From a bacterium (GTDB lineage Bacteria > Patescibacteriota > Minisyncoccia > Moranbacterales > UBA2206): a stretch of DNA of 64,000 nt. The DNA lies in the NCBI GenBank assembly GCA_021788105.1, contig JAJYKZ010000001.1:19333-83332 (forward strand), given 5' to 3'. Below, one piece after another: positions 46,568 through 57,469 of the stretch. Position 1 is the stretch's first letter; each line of letters starts with the position of its first letter. The position numbers and the translations under genes are program-made. The notes below the pieces were generated by a model. The model searched no databases. It had not been told where the DNA came from and saw only the letters and a list, made by a program, of their open reading frames with translations.

Positions 46568-47890
46568 TCAAACTTGTTTGAAAGGAATTTTTTTCCATTC
46601 CGGAGACTGCCGGCACAAAAGCTCCGAAGCTTGCAAGGGTTCGGCCATAATTTCTTCCACTACTTTTTCCATCCGCATTCCCTGCGAACCCTTCACTAAG
46701 ATCAAATCGCCTTCTCTGATTATTTCTTTCAACTTCTTTCCGGCTTCCGCCGGATTTTCAAAAGCAAAAATATTTTCTTTTGAAAAATTATATTTTTCAA
46801 GTTCAGCCGCGGCAAATTTCATCCGTGCGCCAGCCGCAAAAAAAATATCAATTTTTTCTTTGGAAATTTTTTCCCCGATCGATCGATGGTTTTTTTCCGT
46901 CTCAATTCCCAATTCCAGCATGTCTCCCAGCACGGCAACTTTTCTTGGTGCGGAAATTTGTCCCAAGGTTTCCAGAGCGGCAATCGTCGCGACGGGCGAA
47001 GCATTGTAAGTATCGTCGATGACCATAGAATTTTTTATTCCGGCAATCAGGTTCATCCGGCCGTACGGAAGAGAAAAATTTTGCAAAGCTGATCCGATCT
47101 CAACCAAATTCAGTCCAAATTCCAAACCGACCGCTACTGCCGCCAGTGCGGCATAAATTTGGTGTTTCGCTAAAATATTATTAAGACGCATCGGAATGGA
47201 CGTGCCCTTGTAGTTCAATTTAAAGCTCAGGCCTTTGATATTTTTTCCGCCATTCTCCGAATAATTAAAACTAATATCAGTTGCTCGGAGATCGGCCTTT
47301 TCCGAAAAACCAAAAGTTATTGTTCGAGCCTTTATTTTATCCCGCATTTTTTCCGCGTAAGCATTGTCGCCGTTTAAAACCGCCAGGCTGGATTCTTCCA
47401 ATCCGACAACCAGCGCGCCTTTTTCTTTGGCAATATTTTCCAGGCTGCCGAAAAATTCAATATGGCTTTGGGAAATGTCGGTTATAATCCCCGCATTGGA
47501 TTTAACAAAACCGGCAAGATAGGCGATGTCGCCCGGCATGTCCGCTCCCATTTCCAAAATAAGAATTTCCGGATATTCCACCGGCCAAACCATCACGCCC
47601 AGCCATTTCAGAAAAACTCCAAGCCAGCCAAAAAAAGACGAGTCTCCGCTTTCCGCTCCGATGATCGTAAGCGGCAATCCTATTTCATTATTATAATTTT
47701 TTTCACTTCTGCGCGCCCGAAAACGGTTTTGCAGAATGGTAAAAATCGCTTCCTTAGCAGAAGTTTTTCCGACTGATCCGGTTATGCTTATAATTTTTGG
47801 ATTATATTTTTTCAAAACCAAAACTGCCATCAACCGAAGCGATTTAATAAGAAAGGCTTGTTTTTTAGTTACTCTTTTTATTGCTTTCAT
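46568..47890 (-). CDS. murF: UDP-N-acetylmuramoyl-tripeptide--D-alanyl-D-alanine ligase, apparently lacking the N-terminal domain
   Basis: P-loop ISITGSVGKTSAKE; Mur ligase middle and C-terminal domains. Start taken at the ATG at 47890 because the ORF-track start at 48070 would overlap ftsI by ~200 nt. Confidence 0.7.
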   Translation of the reverse strand: MKAIKRVTKKQAFLIKSLRLMAVLVLKKYNPKIISITGSVGKTSAKEAIFTILQNRFRARRSEKNYNNEIGLPLTIIGAESGDSSFFGWLGVFLKWLGVMVWPVEYPEILILEMGADMPGDIAYLAGFVKSNAGIITDISQSHIEFFGSLENIAKEKGALVVGLEESSLAVLNGDNAYAEKMRDKIKARTITFGFSEKADLRATDISFNYSENGGKNIKGLSFKLNYKGTSIPMRLNNILAKHQIYAALAAVAVGLEFGLNLVEIGSALQNFSLPYGRMNLIAGIKNSMVIDDTYNASPVATIAALETLGQISAPRKVAVLGDMLELGIETEKNHRSIGEKISKEKIDIFFAAGARMKFAAAELEKYNFSKENIFAFENPAEAGKKLKEIIREGDLILVKGSQGMRMEKVVEEIMAEPLQASELLCRQSPEWKKIPFKQV

Positions 47891-49802
47891 TATTTCCGTT
47901 GTTGTTATAAGTTGTTGCGCCGCTTGTATTGTTGCCGCTGCCGGTGACGCTATTGGAATTGTCGCCCGTCCCGTCGGAATTCTGGCTTTGCAGAAAATAA
48001 TTTTGAAGATTGTGAAGCTGGCTGAACCGAGCCAGATCTGCCGCGGTAAAATTTTCTGTCGGCGGCACATTGTAGTAGTCTAGCAGAAATTTCATAAGTT
48101 CGCCAAAGGTCGGAGCCGCGCTGGATTCCGCCCATTCAACCGCTTTCGGATTGACGATCTCAACCAGAATTACGAATTTCGGATCGCCCATCGGCGCAAA
48201 TCCCGCAAACGATCCGATAGTCATCCCTTCCGCGTAGCCGCGCGAATCGGTGCTGGCTACCTGGGCTGTTCCGGTTTTTCCCGCCACCAAATAACCCGGG
48301 ACGTCCGCCATCTTGCCCGTTCCGTCCGTTACCACGGCACGAAGCATCTGCGTATCTTCCTGAGCGGCTCTTTGTGAAATTACCCGCCGCACTTTCGCCG
48401 GCTGAATTGTTTCCGTGCTGCCGTCCGAATGGATTATCTTATCTACAATCTGCGGCTTCATCAATTCTCCGTCGTTGGCGATCGCGCTGTAAGCCGCGGT
48501 CAGCTGAATCGGCGTCATCGTAATTCCTTGTCCGAAAGAAGCGGTATAAAAACTTATATTGCTGTTCACATTATCAAGATTGGCCAGCGTTCCCGCACTT
48601 TCTCCGGGAAGATCGATATCGGTTTTTGCTCCGAATCCGAAACGTTTTACATAGTCAAGAAAATTTTTATTGCCGATTTGCTTTTCGGCAAAAATTGCTC
48701 CGGTGTTCAATGATTTTTCCAAAACCTGCGTCATTGTCTGGACGCCATAAGCTTTCAAAAGCGCGTTTTTGATCGTATAACCATCGATATGGACCGCGCC
48801 CGTGTCGGTATAGGTGGTGTCCGGCGCAATCTTATTGCTATCGAGCGCCGCCGCCATCGTTATCGGCTTAAAAATACTTCCGCACTCATAGGCCGCGCTC
48901 ACGGCCGGATTCATATAGAAACTCATATCGCTCACTTGCGAATAATTGTTCGGATCAAAAGTCGGATAGTCAGCCATCGCCAAAATTTTTCCAGTCTGCG
49001 GCTCCATCACCACGATACTTCCGCTGTCTGCCTGATATTTGTCGACCGAACTTTGCAATAAATTTTCCGCTTCATACTGAACGTTATGGTCGATCGTCAA
49101 AACCAAACTGTCTCCGTCTTTTGCCTGCGTAATTTCTTTCTTTCCAACCGCCGCCCATCCGCCGGACGCGTCCTTGCTCTGAAAAACAGTGCCCGCCTGT
49201 CCTTTTAATTCATCTTCAAAGGAAGCTTCTGTTCCATAACGCCCGGCCAGTATGTTCCCCTTCCAACCCAGAAATCCCAAAACATTGGCCGCCAACTGGT
49301 CAGAAGGATAGTAGCGGAAAGTTTCCGGCGCCAGATGGATTCCTTTCAGGTTAAGATTTTTAATTTTCTGAATTTCATCATCGCCCAATCTGTGCTTGAG
49401 CGGCTCGTACGAATCGTTCTGATTGCCGAATTTCCGAGCCAGATCGTCTTTGTCGAGCTGTAAAGCGTCTGCCACTTCCTGCGCCGCCTGATCGGGATTT
49501 TCAATTTCTTTCGGCACCGCGTAAGCCATCTGGGTTTCCTTATTCACCGCCGCGGGAAAAATACCATTTTTATCCTCCAAATAAATCTCGCCCCGATTAG
49601 GAACAAGCTTTTTAAAAAGACTGTGCTCATCGTCCGCCAGCGCCTTATACGAATCATGATTAATGACTTGCAGCGAATAAAGCTTGGCTAAAATTAAAAA
49701 AATGACAAGAAAAATTAAAAAAATCAGGGCGTATATTCTCCGGTCGGAGAAATTGTGTCTTTTATTTCCCTGATTTCTTTTTGCACTTCTGATTTCTGGC
49801 AT
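47865..49802 (-). CDS. ftsI: Penicillin-binding protein (class B transpeptidase, FtsI/PBP2-like) with a C-terminal N/S/G/T-rich low-complexity tail
   Basis: N-terminal TM, SxxK (GSIFKP), SxN (KSLNTG), KTGT (AGKTGTAQ). Confidence 0.85.
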   Translation of the reverse strand: MPEIRSAKRNQGNKRHNFSDRRIYALIFLIFLVIFLILAKLYSLQVINHDSYKALADDEHSLFKKLVPNRGEIYLEDKNGIFPAAVNKETQMAYAVPKEIENPDQAAQEVADALQLDKDDLARKFGNQNDSYEPLKHRLGDDEIQKIKNLNLKGIHLAPETFRYYPSDQLAANVLGFLGWKGNILAGRYGTEASFEDELKGQAGTVFQSKDASGGWAAVGKKEITQAKDGDSLVLTIDHNVQYEAENLLQSSVDKYQADSGSIVVMEPQTGKILAMADYPTFDPNNYSQVSDMSFYMNPAVSAAYECGSIFKPITMAAALDSNKIAPDTTYTDTGAVHIDGYTIKNALLKAYGVQTMTQVLEKSLNTGAIFAEKQIGNKNFLDYVKRFGFGAKTDIDLPGESAGTLANLDNVNSNISFYTASFGQGITMTPIQLTAAYSAIANDGELMKPQIVDKIIHSDGSTETIQPAKVRRVISQRAAQEDTQMLRAVVTDGTGKMADVPGYLVAGKTGTAQVASTDSRGYAEGMTIGSFAGFAPMGDPKFVILVEIVNPKAVEWAESSAAPTFGELMKFLLDYYNVPPTENFTAADLARFSQLHNLQNYFLQSQNSDGTGDNSNSVTGSGNNTSGATTYNNNGNNESNKKSN

Positions 49803-49825
49803 TTCTTTTCAAACAAAATATTAAA

Positions 49826-50230
49826 TTATTTCATCGCTACCGGACCGTCCAACTCGATATATGAAACATTGGCGGTGTTAACCAGATTTAGATTCTTGGC
49901 TGATTTTTCAATGTTATAAGTGGATTGCAGTTCCGTTGACTGTATTTCCAAATCATTTCCCTCTTTTTGATATTCCTGAATCTTGTTCTGGATATTTTGC
50001 AGTTGAAAACCGGCTGACGCGACGCTGTTAACCTGATAAAGATAAAATCCCCCGGCAAAAAACAGCATTCCGGAAAGCACGGCTCCTGCCAATCCGATTT
50101 TTACGCCGCCATTGAGCGAGCTGCCTATTTTTTTTGCGACTGTTTCTTTTTGATTCGACAAAGCGGCGCCTCTTTTTAGCGGGCGGTTTTTTTGAAGCAA
50201 TGCCGAATTGGTTATAATCCTTGTCATCAA
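49826..50230 (-). CDS. ftsL: FtsL-like cell division protein (single TM plus coiled coil)
   Basis: Position between rsmH and ftsI. TM IGLAGAVLSGMLFFAGGFYLY followed by a heptad-rich segment. Confidence 0.45.
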   Translation of the reverse strand: MMTRIITNSALLQKNRPLKRGAALSNQKETVAKKIGSSLNGGVKIGLAGAVLSGMLFFAGGFYLYQVNSVASAGFQLQNIQNKIQEYQKEGNDLEIQSTELQSTYNIEKSAKNLNLVNTANVSYIELDGPVAMK

Positions 50231-50362
50231 TTTTCAGTCCCCCTGAAAATTTACCCACACACCAATTTCCCCTTGAAAGAACTTGCGCGTACATTTTTCC
50301 ATTATCCACTTAAAAGAAAAATTGGTGTGGGGTTAAATTGTATTTTTATTATTTTTTATTTT

Positions 50363-51352
50363 TTAAATTTTTTCGCAGATCCGAAGCTTGGCGCTCCTGG
50401 CCCGCGGATTGACGTCGATTTCCTGGGCACTCGGTCCGATCGGTTTTTTGGTGATTATTTTGATCACCGGTTTCCGACCGCACCGGCACTCCGGAAATTC
50501 TGGCGGGCAAATGCATCCCCTAGCATTTTCCCGAAATATATTTTTAACAATTCGATCTTCCAATGAATGGAACGAAATAATGGCCAACCTTCCTCCCGCT
50601 TTCAAGCTTCCAATCGCATCCGGCACAAATTTTTTCAAACTTTCCAATTCATTGTTCGTCTCGATGCGCAAAGCTTGAAAAGTCTTGGTCGCCGGATGCC
50701 TGCCCCGTGGTCCGACTTCTTGTCGGATTTTACGGGGAATTTTGCCATATTTGAATTTTTCTGGAATGGCGCTCCTGACTATTTCCGCCAGCTCGGTGGT
50801 CGTTTCAATCGTTTTATCTTGCCTTGCTTCGATTATTTTTTTAACGATGTTTTTGGCAAATTTTTCTTCGCCGTAATTTTTTAAAATATATTCTAATTCT
50901 TCTTGCGGGTATTCATTGACGATTTGATGGGCGGTCAGCTCTTGGCTCCGGTCCAGCCTCATGTCGAGCGGTCCTTCTTTTTGAAAACTTAATCCCCGTT
51001 CGATGTCTTCCATCTGGTCGGAAGAAAATCCCAAATCCGCCGCGATGCCGTCCACGCCTGCAATTCCCAAATCTTCTAAAACATTTTTTATCTCCGCAAA
51101 ATTAGCTTTAATGATCTTGATGTTCGCTAAGAAAAAATTATCAATCTTCGATTCTTCAGTTCTCTTTCGGAATCTTTCGAGCGCCTCTTCATCGCGGTCA
51201 ATCGCCACCAATTTTCCGCTCGGACCGATTCGTCTCAATATTTCGCGGCTATGTCCTCCGCCTCCCAAAGTCACATCCGCCACCGTCATTCCTTCTTTCA
51301 AATTCAATCCGTCGATTGTTTCGTTAAGTAAAACTGATTTGTGAATTGTCAT
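50363..51352 (-). CDS. rsmH: 16S rRNA (cytosine1402-N4)-methyltransferase RsmH/MraW
   Basis: HKSVLLNETIDGLN...DVTLGGGGHS. Confidence 0.9.
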   Translation of the reverse strand: MTIHKSVLLNETIDGLNLKEGMTVADVTLGGGGHSREILRRIGPSGKLVAIDRDEEALERFRKRTEESKIDNFFLANIKIIKANFAEIKNVLEDLGIAGVDGIAADLGFSSDQMEDIERGLSFQKEGPLDMRLDRSQELTAHQIVNEYPQEELEYILKNYGEEKFAKNIVKKIIEARQDKTIETTTELAEIVRSAIPEKFKYGKIPRKIRQEVGPRGRHPATKTFQALRIETNNELESLKKFVPDAIGSLKAGGRLAIISFHSLEDRIVKNIFRENARGCICPPEFPECRCGRKPVIKIITKKPIGPSAQEIDVNPRARSAKLRICEKI

Positions 51353-51353
51353 A

Positions 51354-51788
51354 TTAGTAGACTCCTAGTTTTCCCAACTGCTCGGCAATGTCGTCCGTAT
51401 TTTTCTCGGCGTTTTTCTTGTATTCGTTCCATTTTCCTTCGTCCCAGATTTCCAAACGATTGTACAAGCCGGCAATCACCACATTCTTGGAAAGTCCGGC
51501 GTATTCTTTCAAATAGTCCGGAATCAAAATTCTGCCTTGCTTGTCAACATCGACATCAATCGCTCCGGCCAGCATCAGACGCGTGAAACTTCGGGTTCCC
51601 GATTCGCCGACCGGCAACGTTCCCAGCTTTCCCGCCAACGCTTCCCAGGCTTTCATCGTATAAAGGAACAGACATTTGTCCAAGCCTCTAGTTATTACAA
51701 TTTTGCTTTTCAATTCAGCACGAAATTTGCTTGGCACGGCCAATCTTTTTTTCGGATCGATGGAATGTGAATACTCGCCGATGAACAT
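51354..51788 (-). CDS. mraZ: Transcriptional regulator MraZ
   Basis: MFIGEYSHSIDPKKRLAVPSKFR, duplicated SpoVT/AbrB-like halves. Confidence 0.9.
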   Translation of the reverse strand: MFIGEYSHSIDPKKRLAVPSKFRAELKSKIVITRGLDKCLFLYTMKAWEALAGKLGTLPVGESGTRSFTRLMLAGAIDVDVDKQGRILIPDYLKEYAGLSKNVVIAGLYNRLEIWDEGKWNEYKKNAEKNTDDIAEQLGKLGVY

Positions 51789-52100
51789 AATACGAAACGC
51801 GGAGGATGTTAACTTTTCAATTTACCACTTTCCCCCACTTATATTGTCTATGACTCTATTTTACCCCACCACCAAACATCGGTCAACACAAAGTTATCCA
51901 CAGGAAAAAATAAAAAAACAGCCCTGTTTTTTCAAGCTGTTAATTTGACTCTTACTAAACTTATTAATTCTACATGCTTTTAAAAATACTCACATCTAGA
52001 AACAGCAAGGAAGGCCTACAATTTTTTATAAACCCAAAAAGGAACCGCGAACATAAGACCATAAAAAAAGGGAAACAAGAAAATATCTACGGCGTTCAAA

Positions 52101-52343
52101 TTATGAAAAACTGTTTTTTCCAAAACGGGACCAAGAATAAACCAAGTTAAAAAAACCTGTAAAAACCGGCTTTTTCCTGAAAATTAAAAAGGAAATTGAA
52201 AAAAGCAATCCATACCAGAGGACAAAAGGAATTAACCACAACGCGGAAGAAAAAGTTTTGGAAGGAAAAATTATTGTCGGAATGGATTCAAAAACAAGCG
52301 CGGACAGAAGCGAAACCAATAAAAAATAAAAAAATTTTTTCAT
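52101..52343 (-). CDS. Hypothetical small membrane protein
   Basis: Two hydrophobic segments; ORF only. Confidence 0.25.
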   Translation of the reverse strand: MKKFFYFLLVSLLSALVFESIPTIIFPSKTFSSALWLIPFVLWYGLLFSISFLIFRKKPVFTGFFNLVYSWSRFGKNSFS

Positions 52344-52417
52344 ATCGCATGATTCTTATTATAAAAGTCAAGGCATTAGATTTCGATTTAAAAACCTTGG
52401 TTTTAACCGAGGTTTTT

Positions 52418-52693
52418 TTATTTTATATTCTCCATCACCTTATCCAAAGATTCAACAATCACGTCCGCTTCTTGCAGCTCATTCAAGCGCGCGCCTTTCA
52501 CATGCTTCCATACTAATTTAAAACCCATCTTTGGGCAAATGAAAAAGGGCGGCATGCTATCCATAAAATATCTTTCTGGCTTTCTGCAGAAAGCCAGAAA
52601 GTCGATGCGTGATAAAAATAGATTCACTTTTTGAGCAAACAAAAAAAACGGAATCCACTTGTAAAAACAAGAGTTCCGTTTGAATAATTTCAT
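52418..52693 (-). CDS. Hypothetical protein
   Basis: ORF only. Confidence 0.2.
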   Translation of the reverse strand: MKLFKRNSCFYKWIPFFLFAQKVNLFLSRIDFLAFCRKPERYFMDSMPPFFICPKMGFKLVWKHVKGARLNELQEADVIVESLDKVMENIK

Positions 52694-52723
52694 CCAATAG
52701 TCAACCAGTGAACTTACACTTCT

Positions 52724-53044
52724 TTATAAATCACTTCGTCCACGCTTTTTCTCACCCGCGGATGCGGTCTTGGATTTTTTGATAAATTCGGCGGTCTTTT
52801 TGGTAACGTGATGAAAACTGCCTCCGAAATTCCGGTCCCAAATTTTTAAAGCTTTGGGCGCGCCTGGTTTTTTATTTTTTTTGCGCCGCCGCTTCTTTTC
52901 CTCCCGTTTTTTCATCTTCACAAATTGCCGGCTGACAATCGGCTCGCCGGACTCATCAAACGATTTCTCCGGTTTCGGATTGCGCAACAAAAGCTTTCCG
53001 CCTTTGGCAATTACCGAACTGACTTTTTTTATTTTCTTTTTCAT
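52724..53044 (-). CDS. Hypothetical highly basic protein
   Basis: K/R-rich (KKREEKKRRRKKNKK); ORF only. Confidence 0.3.
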   Translation of the reverse strand: MKKKIKKVSSVIAKGGKLLLRNPKPEKSFDESGEPIVSRQFVKMKKREEKKRRRKKNKKPGAPKALKIWDRNFGGSFHHVTKKTAEFIKKSKTASAGEKKRGRSDL

Positions 53045-53134
53045 AATTTACTTTAATAGAATGGGCCAGACACAAATTATTATAACATAAAAAATGGGCT
53101 TTATTTTAAAAAATAAAAACCAGCGCGTTCGAAA

Positions 53135-53584
53135 CTATTTCTTTTTATAGAGTCCTGATAAAATCGCATGCTCGATTATATGCGGACGCATCGCCCTTTT
53201 TACTTCTTCGCAAGTGGCATCATGCGCAAGCTTCAGCTTGGCGTCCAAAGCAAAGATTTTAAAGTGATATTGATGGGCTACTCCCCAAGGCGGACACGGT
53301 CCGCGATAGCCGGGCATGCGAAAATCATTCAAGGCCTCCCGGGCACCAGCCGGAATTTTTCCCGACGCGATTTTTTTTATTTTCGGATCAATATTCCACA
53401 CCAGCCAATGAATCCAGTCGCGCGAAGGCACTTCGGGAGAATCCGCAATCAAAACCAAGCTCTTGGCTTCCTTGGGAATCTTTAAAAATTCCAGGGCCGG
53501 ATTGATATTTTCTCCGTCGCACGTATGACGCGAAGGAATGAATTGTCCGTTGTCAAAAACCGGACTTTTAATTTTAATCGCCAT
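53135..53584 (-). CDS. PEBP-family protein (YbhB/YbcL-like)
   Basis: DSPEVPSRDWIHWLVWNI...GYRGPCPPWGVAHQYHFKIFALD. Start taken at MAIKIKSP. Confidence 0.75.
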   Translation of the reverse strand: MAIKIKSPVFDNGQFIPSRHTCDGENINPALEFLKIPKEAKSLVLIADSPEVPSRDWIHWLVWNIDPKIKKIASGKIPAGAREALNDFRMPGYRGPCPPWGVAHQYHFKIFALDAKLKLAHDATCEEVKRAMRPHIIEHAILSGLYKKK

Positions 53585-53592
53585 ATGTAAAA

Positions 53593-54195
53593 TTATTTCA
53601 ACCTTTTTTCCACCTGCCCCCAATCAATATTCTTCATGAACGCGTCGATATAGCTTCCTTTGTCTTTGCCGTAATCGGGAAAAAAAGCGTGTTCGAAAAC
53701 ATCCATAACAAGAAGCGGATTGAATCCGGCCGGATGGCCGGCGTCATGTTCATTGATCCAGGAGTTTACCAAGTTGCCGGTTTTCGTGTCTTGGTACGCA
53801 ACCACCCAACCGATCCCGCGCATTTTTCCGGTCGCCAAAAAATCTTCCTTCCATTCTTCATAGCTCCCGAATGTTTGATCCATCGTCCGGCAGACCATTC
53901 CTCTTTTGTCGAACTGGCCGCTGCCGCCCAGGTTTTCAAAATACAATTCGTGCAAAACCATTCCGTTCAGTTCCCAGCCCAGCCTTCTTTTTACTTCCGC
54001 GTACTCCGGAGAATCTTTGAAAAGTTTGCGCAACAGTTCCATATTTTTGTTCGTGTTATTGACGTAGCCTTCATACAGCCCGAAGTGGATGTCCAGCGCC
54101 TTATCACCGAATCCGGCCATTCCTTTAAGAAGGGAAAAATCTTTTTTCTTGTATTCCATATGTTTTGTTGGAAAAATTAAATTATTAGCAAACAA
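53593..54195 (-). CDS. Fe/Mn superoxide dismutase (divergent N-terminal region)
   Basis: C-terminal DVFEHAFF..Y...W..V motif and an N-terminal His in DIHFGLYEGYVNN. The start may be the internal MEYKKK. Confidence 0.7.
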   Translation of the reverse strand: MFANNLIFPTKHMEYKKKDFSLLKGMAGFGDKALDIHFGLYEGYVNNTNKNMELLRKLFKDSPEYAEVKRRLGWELNGMVLHELYFENLGGSGQFDKRGMVCRTMDQTFGSYEEWKEDFLATGKMRGIGWVVAYQDTKTGNLVNSWINEHDAGHPAGFNPLLVMDVFEHAFFPDYGKDKGSYIDAFMKNIDWGQVEKRLK

Positions 54196-54352
54196 GCGAT
54201 GAAAGATTCGATTTTGACCGCTTGTAATAATACACGAAATTTTCCTTTCTTATTGCATCTGATCTGCTCCGGATTTATCCACACTTGCGGATTAATTTAT
54301 ATAATTGTATAATTTAAAGGTCAGTAAAATCCGCTGGCCAAAAATCAAAAAA

Positions 54353-55090
54353 ATGGAAGAAAAAAATAAAGACAAAAAAGAAGAAGACAATTCGGAAAAA
54401 GTTGAAGCGCTCCGCCAGATGATCTACAACGCGGAAAAAACTCTTCAGGGAGCCAAAGCGATGCTTTTGCAGCTGGAAGGAAAAAAGAAAGTCGGCCGAA
54501 AAAGAAAGTCTGCGGAAGAAGAAGGCGAAGGAAAAATCATCGAAGGAACTTTTGACGGGCAGATTATGCTCGGTACGGACGGAAAACAATATCCGGTTCC
54601 GGCCAACTACGCTTCAAAATCAAAATTAGTCGAAGGAGACTTGCTTAAACTTACCATAACTCCGGACGGATCTTTCATCTACAAACAAATCGGTCCGGTG
54701 GAAAGAAAAAGAATGATCGGCACCGTCAATCAGGACGCCGAAGGAAATTATTTTGTCATGGCCGAAGGAAAACCCTATCGCGTGCTTCTGGCTTCTATCA
54801 CCTATTTTAAAGTCGAACCGGGCGATGAAGTTACCATAGTCACTTCGCGCGACATCGATTCAGATTGGGGCGCGATCGAAAACGTCATCCAAAAAGGAAA
54901 AATTTTTGATTTTGGAAAAAGCAGAAAAACAGATGACGCGGAAAAAATATCCAGCGATGAAGACAAAAAAGATCATTTGGGAACAGAAAGCGCCGCTCCG
55001 GAAGATAATAAGAAATCAATCGTGGATGAATGGCTTCCTGATTTGGAAGAACTGAAAAAAGAACTGAACAGCACAACATCAGATTTTTAA
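54353..55090 (+). CDS. Hypothetical protein with a K/E-rich coiled-coil N-terminus
   Basis: ORF. Start taken at MEEKNK; an alternative upstream start is at 54305. Confidence 0.35.
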   Translation: MEEKNKDKKEEDNSEKVEALRQMIYNAEKTLQGAKAMLLQLEGKKKVGRKRKSAEEEGEGKIIEGTFDGQIMLGTDGKQYPVPANYASKSKLVEGDLLKLTITPDGSFIYKQIGPVERKRMIGTVNQDAEGNYFVMAEGKPYRVLLASITYFKVEPGDEVTIVTSRDIDSDWGAIENVIQKGKIFDFGKSRKTDDAEKISSDEDKKDHLGTESAAPEDNKKSIVDEWLPDLEELKKELNSTTSDF

Positions 55091-55108
55091 ATAATCAACA
55101 AAAAAATT

Positions 55109-55738
55109 ATGAAAACAAAAACCGCAGAATTGGCGAGTTCCAAGGACTATTTTTTAGTGGCCTTTATCGGTCTCTCTTTCGCACTTTTTTCCATTCCAAT
55201 ATTGAACAATGTCCAGCTATCCTTTTTAAAACTCAGTTTTTCAACCATATCCCTGCTTATAATATTTTTCGTCTTGTTTGCAGTCCTGGCCATGTGGGTC
55301 GCCGCCTTGATAAGCCGCAGGATTCCGATTATTTTCCAACTTGCTAAATTTGCGGCGTCCGGCGCATTCAATACATTTTTGGATTGGGGTATTTTAAATT
55401 TATTCATGGCCTTTTTCGGCATCACGGCTGGCATCGGTTATGTGCTTTTCAAAGGAACTTCTTTCACTGCCGCCACCGTCAGCAGCTACATCTGGAACAA
55501 ATATTGGACCTTCGAAGCGAAGAACAGCGCCAATCCTCAAGAATTTTGGAAATTCATCGCCGTCAGCATTGTCGGTTTCATCATCAACATCAGCTTGGCA
55601 GCTTTTATCGTGAACGTCATCCATCCGCTGGGAGGAATAACTCCGGCTCGCTGGGCCAACATCGGCGCGCTGTGCGCCACTGCCCTTTCGATGATTTGGA
55701 ATTTTGTCGGTTATAAAATCTTGGTTTTTAAAAAATAA
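55109..55738 (+). CDS. GtrA-family membrane protein
   Basis: Four TM helices; KFAASGAFNTFLDWGILNLF resembles the GtrA family motif. Confidence 0.5.
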   Translation: MKTKTAELASSKDYFLVAFIGLSFALFSIPILNNVQLSFLKLSFSTISLLIIFFVLFAVLAMWVAALISRRIPIIFQLAKFAASGAFNTFLDWGILNLFMAFFGITAGIGYVLFKGTSFTAATVSSYIWNKYWTFEAKNSANPQEFWKFIAVSIVGFIINISLAAFIVNVIHPLGGITPARWANIGALCATALSMIWNFVGYKILVFKK

Positions 55739-55841
55739 TTTCCATTTTCTTAAAAAATCGCTCTTCCCGGGCGGTTTTTTGTATGCTATAATATCTTAGA
55801 AGGGGTACCGCTAACTGGTACTCTTACTTAATTAAAACGCT

Positions 55842-57461
55842 ATGTCAGCCACTCTTTACCGCAAATACCGTCCTAAAAATTTTTCAGAAGTTATAGGACA
55901 AAAGCATATCGTCCAAACACTTTCCAATGCCATAAAGAATAATCGCGTCGGGCAAGCCTATCTCCTCACCGGACCGCGCGGCACCGGCAAAACTTCCATC
56001 GCCCGCATCTTTGCCAAAACGATCAACTGTGAAAATCTCAAAGATGCCATCAGCTGCGAAAAATGTTCTGCCTGCAAAACCGCGAGTGAAGGAAAATCGT
56101 TGGACATCATAGAAATCGACGCCGCCTCCAACACGGGCGTAGACAACATCCGTGAACTGCGCGAAACCATCAACCTCCCTCCAACCTCGCTCAAATACAA
56201 AGTCTACATTATCGACGAAGTGCATATGCTTTCCACCGGCGCTTTCAACGCGCTCCTCAAGACCCTGGAAGAACCGCCGGCTCATGTCGTTTTCATTTTA
56301 GCCACCACCGAAATCCACAAGGTTCCGGAAACAATTATTTCACGCTGTCAGCGATTTGATTTCGTTCGCCTTCCAATCCAAAACATTATCGAAAAACTGT
56401 CCCTCATCGCCAAGAACGAAAAAATTAAGATCGACAAAGATTCTTTGGAAATGATCGCTATCGCGGCTGAAGGCGGAATGCGCGACGCGGAAAGCCTTCT
56501 GGGGCAAGTCATCGCCCTGGAAGATGAGAACATCACCATCAAAGAAGTGGGAGAAATTCTAGGAACGACCGACCGAAAAATCGCCGCTGAGGTTTCCGAA
56601 AAAATCCTTATCGACGATTCAACCGCAGCCATTCGAAAAATCAATGAACTTCTGGAAAACGGCTACGATCTCCAGGTGTTCAATAAAGCTTTAGTCAATT
56701 ATCTGCGCCAGCTGATGCTTTTAAAAATAAATACGGAACTTAAAACTTCTTTTTCTTACGAACTGACTGATGAACAACTGAAAAAAATGCTCGAGCAAGC
56801 GGAAAAAATAGAATTGCTCAAAATCATACAGGCCATCAATCTCCTTATTGACGCGCAGAATAAAATTGCTTCTTCCATGCTCCCCCAGCTCCCACTCGAG
56901 ATTGCCATAATCAAAGCGACTCATGCGTTTCCAAATGAACAACCAACAATTCACAGCAAGCAACAAATCAACAAGCAAGACGCAAAAACACTGAATGCTG
57001 AAACAAAATCCTTCAATTTACCCGCCGATCATCAAATTAAAAATGAACCGATAAAACAGGAATCATCAAACATGTCCAAAAATGCTGGAGAAAAAATAGA
57101 CATCTATGAAGCAAAGAGCGCCTGGAATAAGCTTCTAGAAAACATTCGGCAATATAATCATTCGCTAAAAGCGCTTCTTTCCAACTGTAAAATTGTCAGT
57201 GCGGAAAACAACGAGATCACGCTGGCAACTCCTTATGATTTTTACAAAGAAAAACTTAATGATCCTCCCAATCGATTGACAGTCGAGCAAGTGTTTGGTA
57301 AAATCTTAGGGTCAAAAATTTCCCTGAAAACAATCACCAACAAAGAAGCCGGCATAAAAGACGCGCCGCAAAAAGAAGCGAACCGGGAAAAGCCGGAAGG
57401 CGTGCAGGATTCTCTTCTGAATTCGGCTTTGGAAATAATCGGCGGGAAAGTAGTTGAATAA
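55842..57461 (+). CDS. dnaX: DNA polymerase III subunit gamma/tau
   Basis: YRKYRPKNFSEVIGQ, LLTGPRGTGKTS, clamp-loader Zn module CEKCSACK, sensor motifs. Confidence 0.9.
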   Translation: MSATLYRKYRPKNFSEVIGQKHIVQTLSNAIKNNRVGQAYLLTGPRGTGKTSIARIFAKTINCENLKDAISCEKCSACKTASEGKSLDIIEIDAASNTGVDNIRELRETINLPPTSLKYKVYIIDEVHMLSTGAFNALLKTLEEPPAHVVFILATTEIHKVPETIISRCQRFDFVRLPIQNIIEKLSLIAKNEKIKIDKDSLEMIAIAAEGGMRDAESLLGQVIALEDENITIKEVGEILGTTDRKIAAEVSEKILIDDSTAAIRKINELLENGYDLQVFNKALVNYLRQLMLLKINTELKTSFSYELTDEQLKKMLEQAEKIELLKIIQAINLLIDAQNKIASSMLPQLPLEIAIIKATHAFPNEQPTIHSKQQINKQDAKTLNAETKSFNLPADHQIKNEPIKQESSNMSKNAGEKIDIYEAKSAWNKLLENIRQYNHSLKALLSNCKIVSAENNEITLATPYDFYKEKLNDPPNRLTVEQVFGKILGSKISLKTITNKEAGIKDAPQKEANREKPEGVQDSLLNSALEIIGGKVVE

Positions 57462-57469
57462 AAATAATT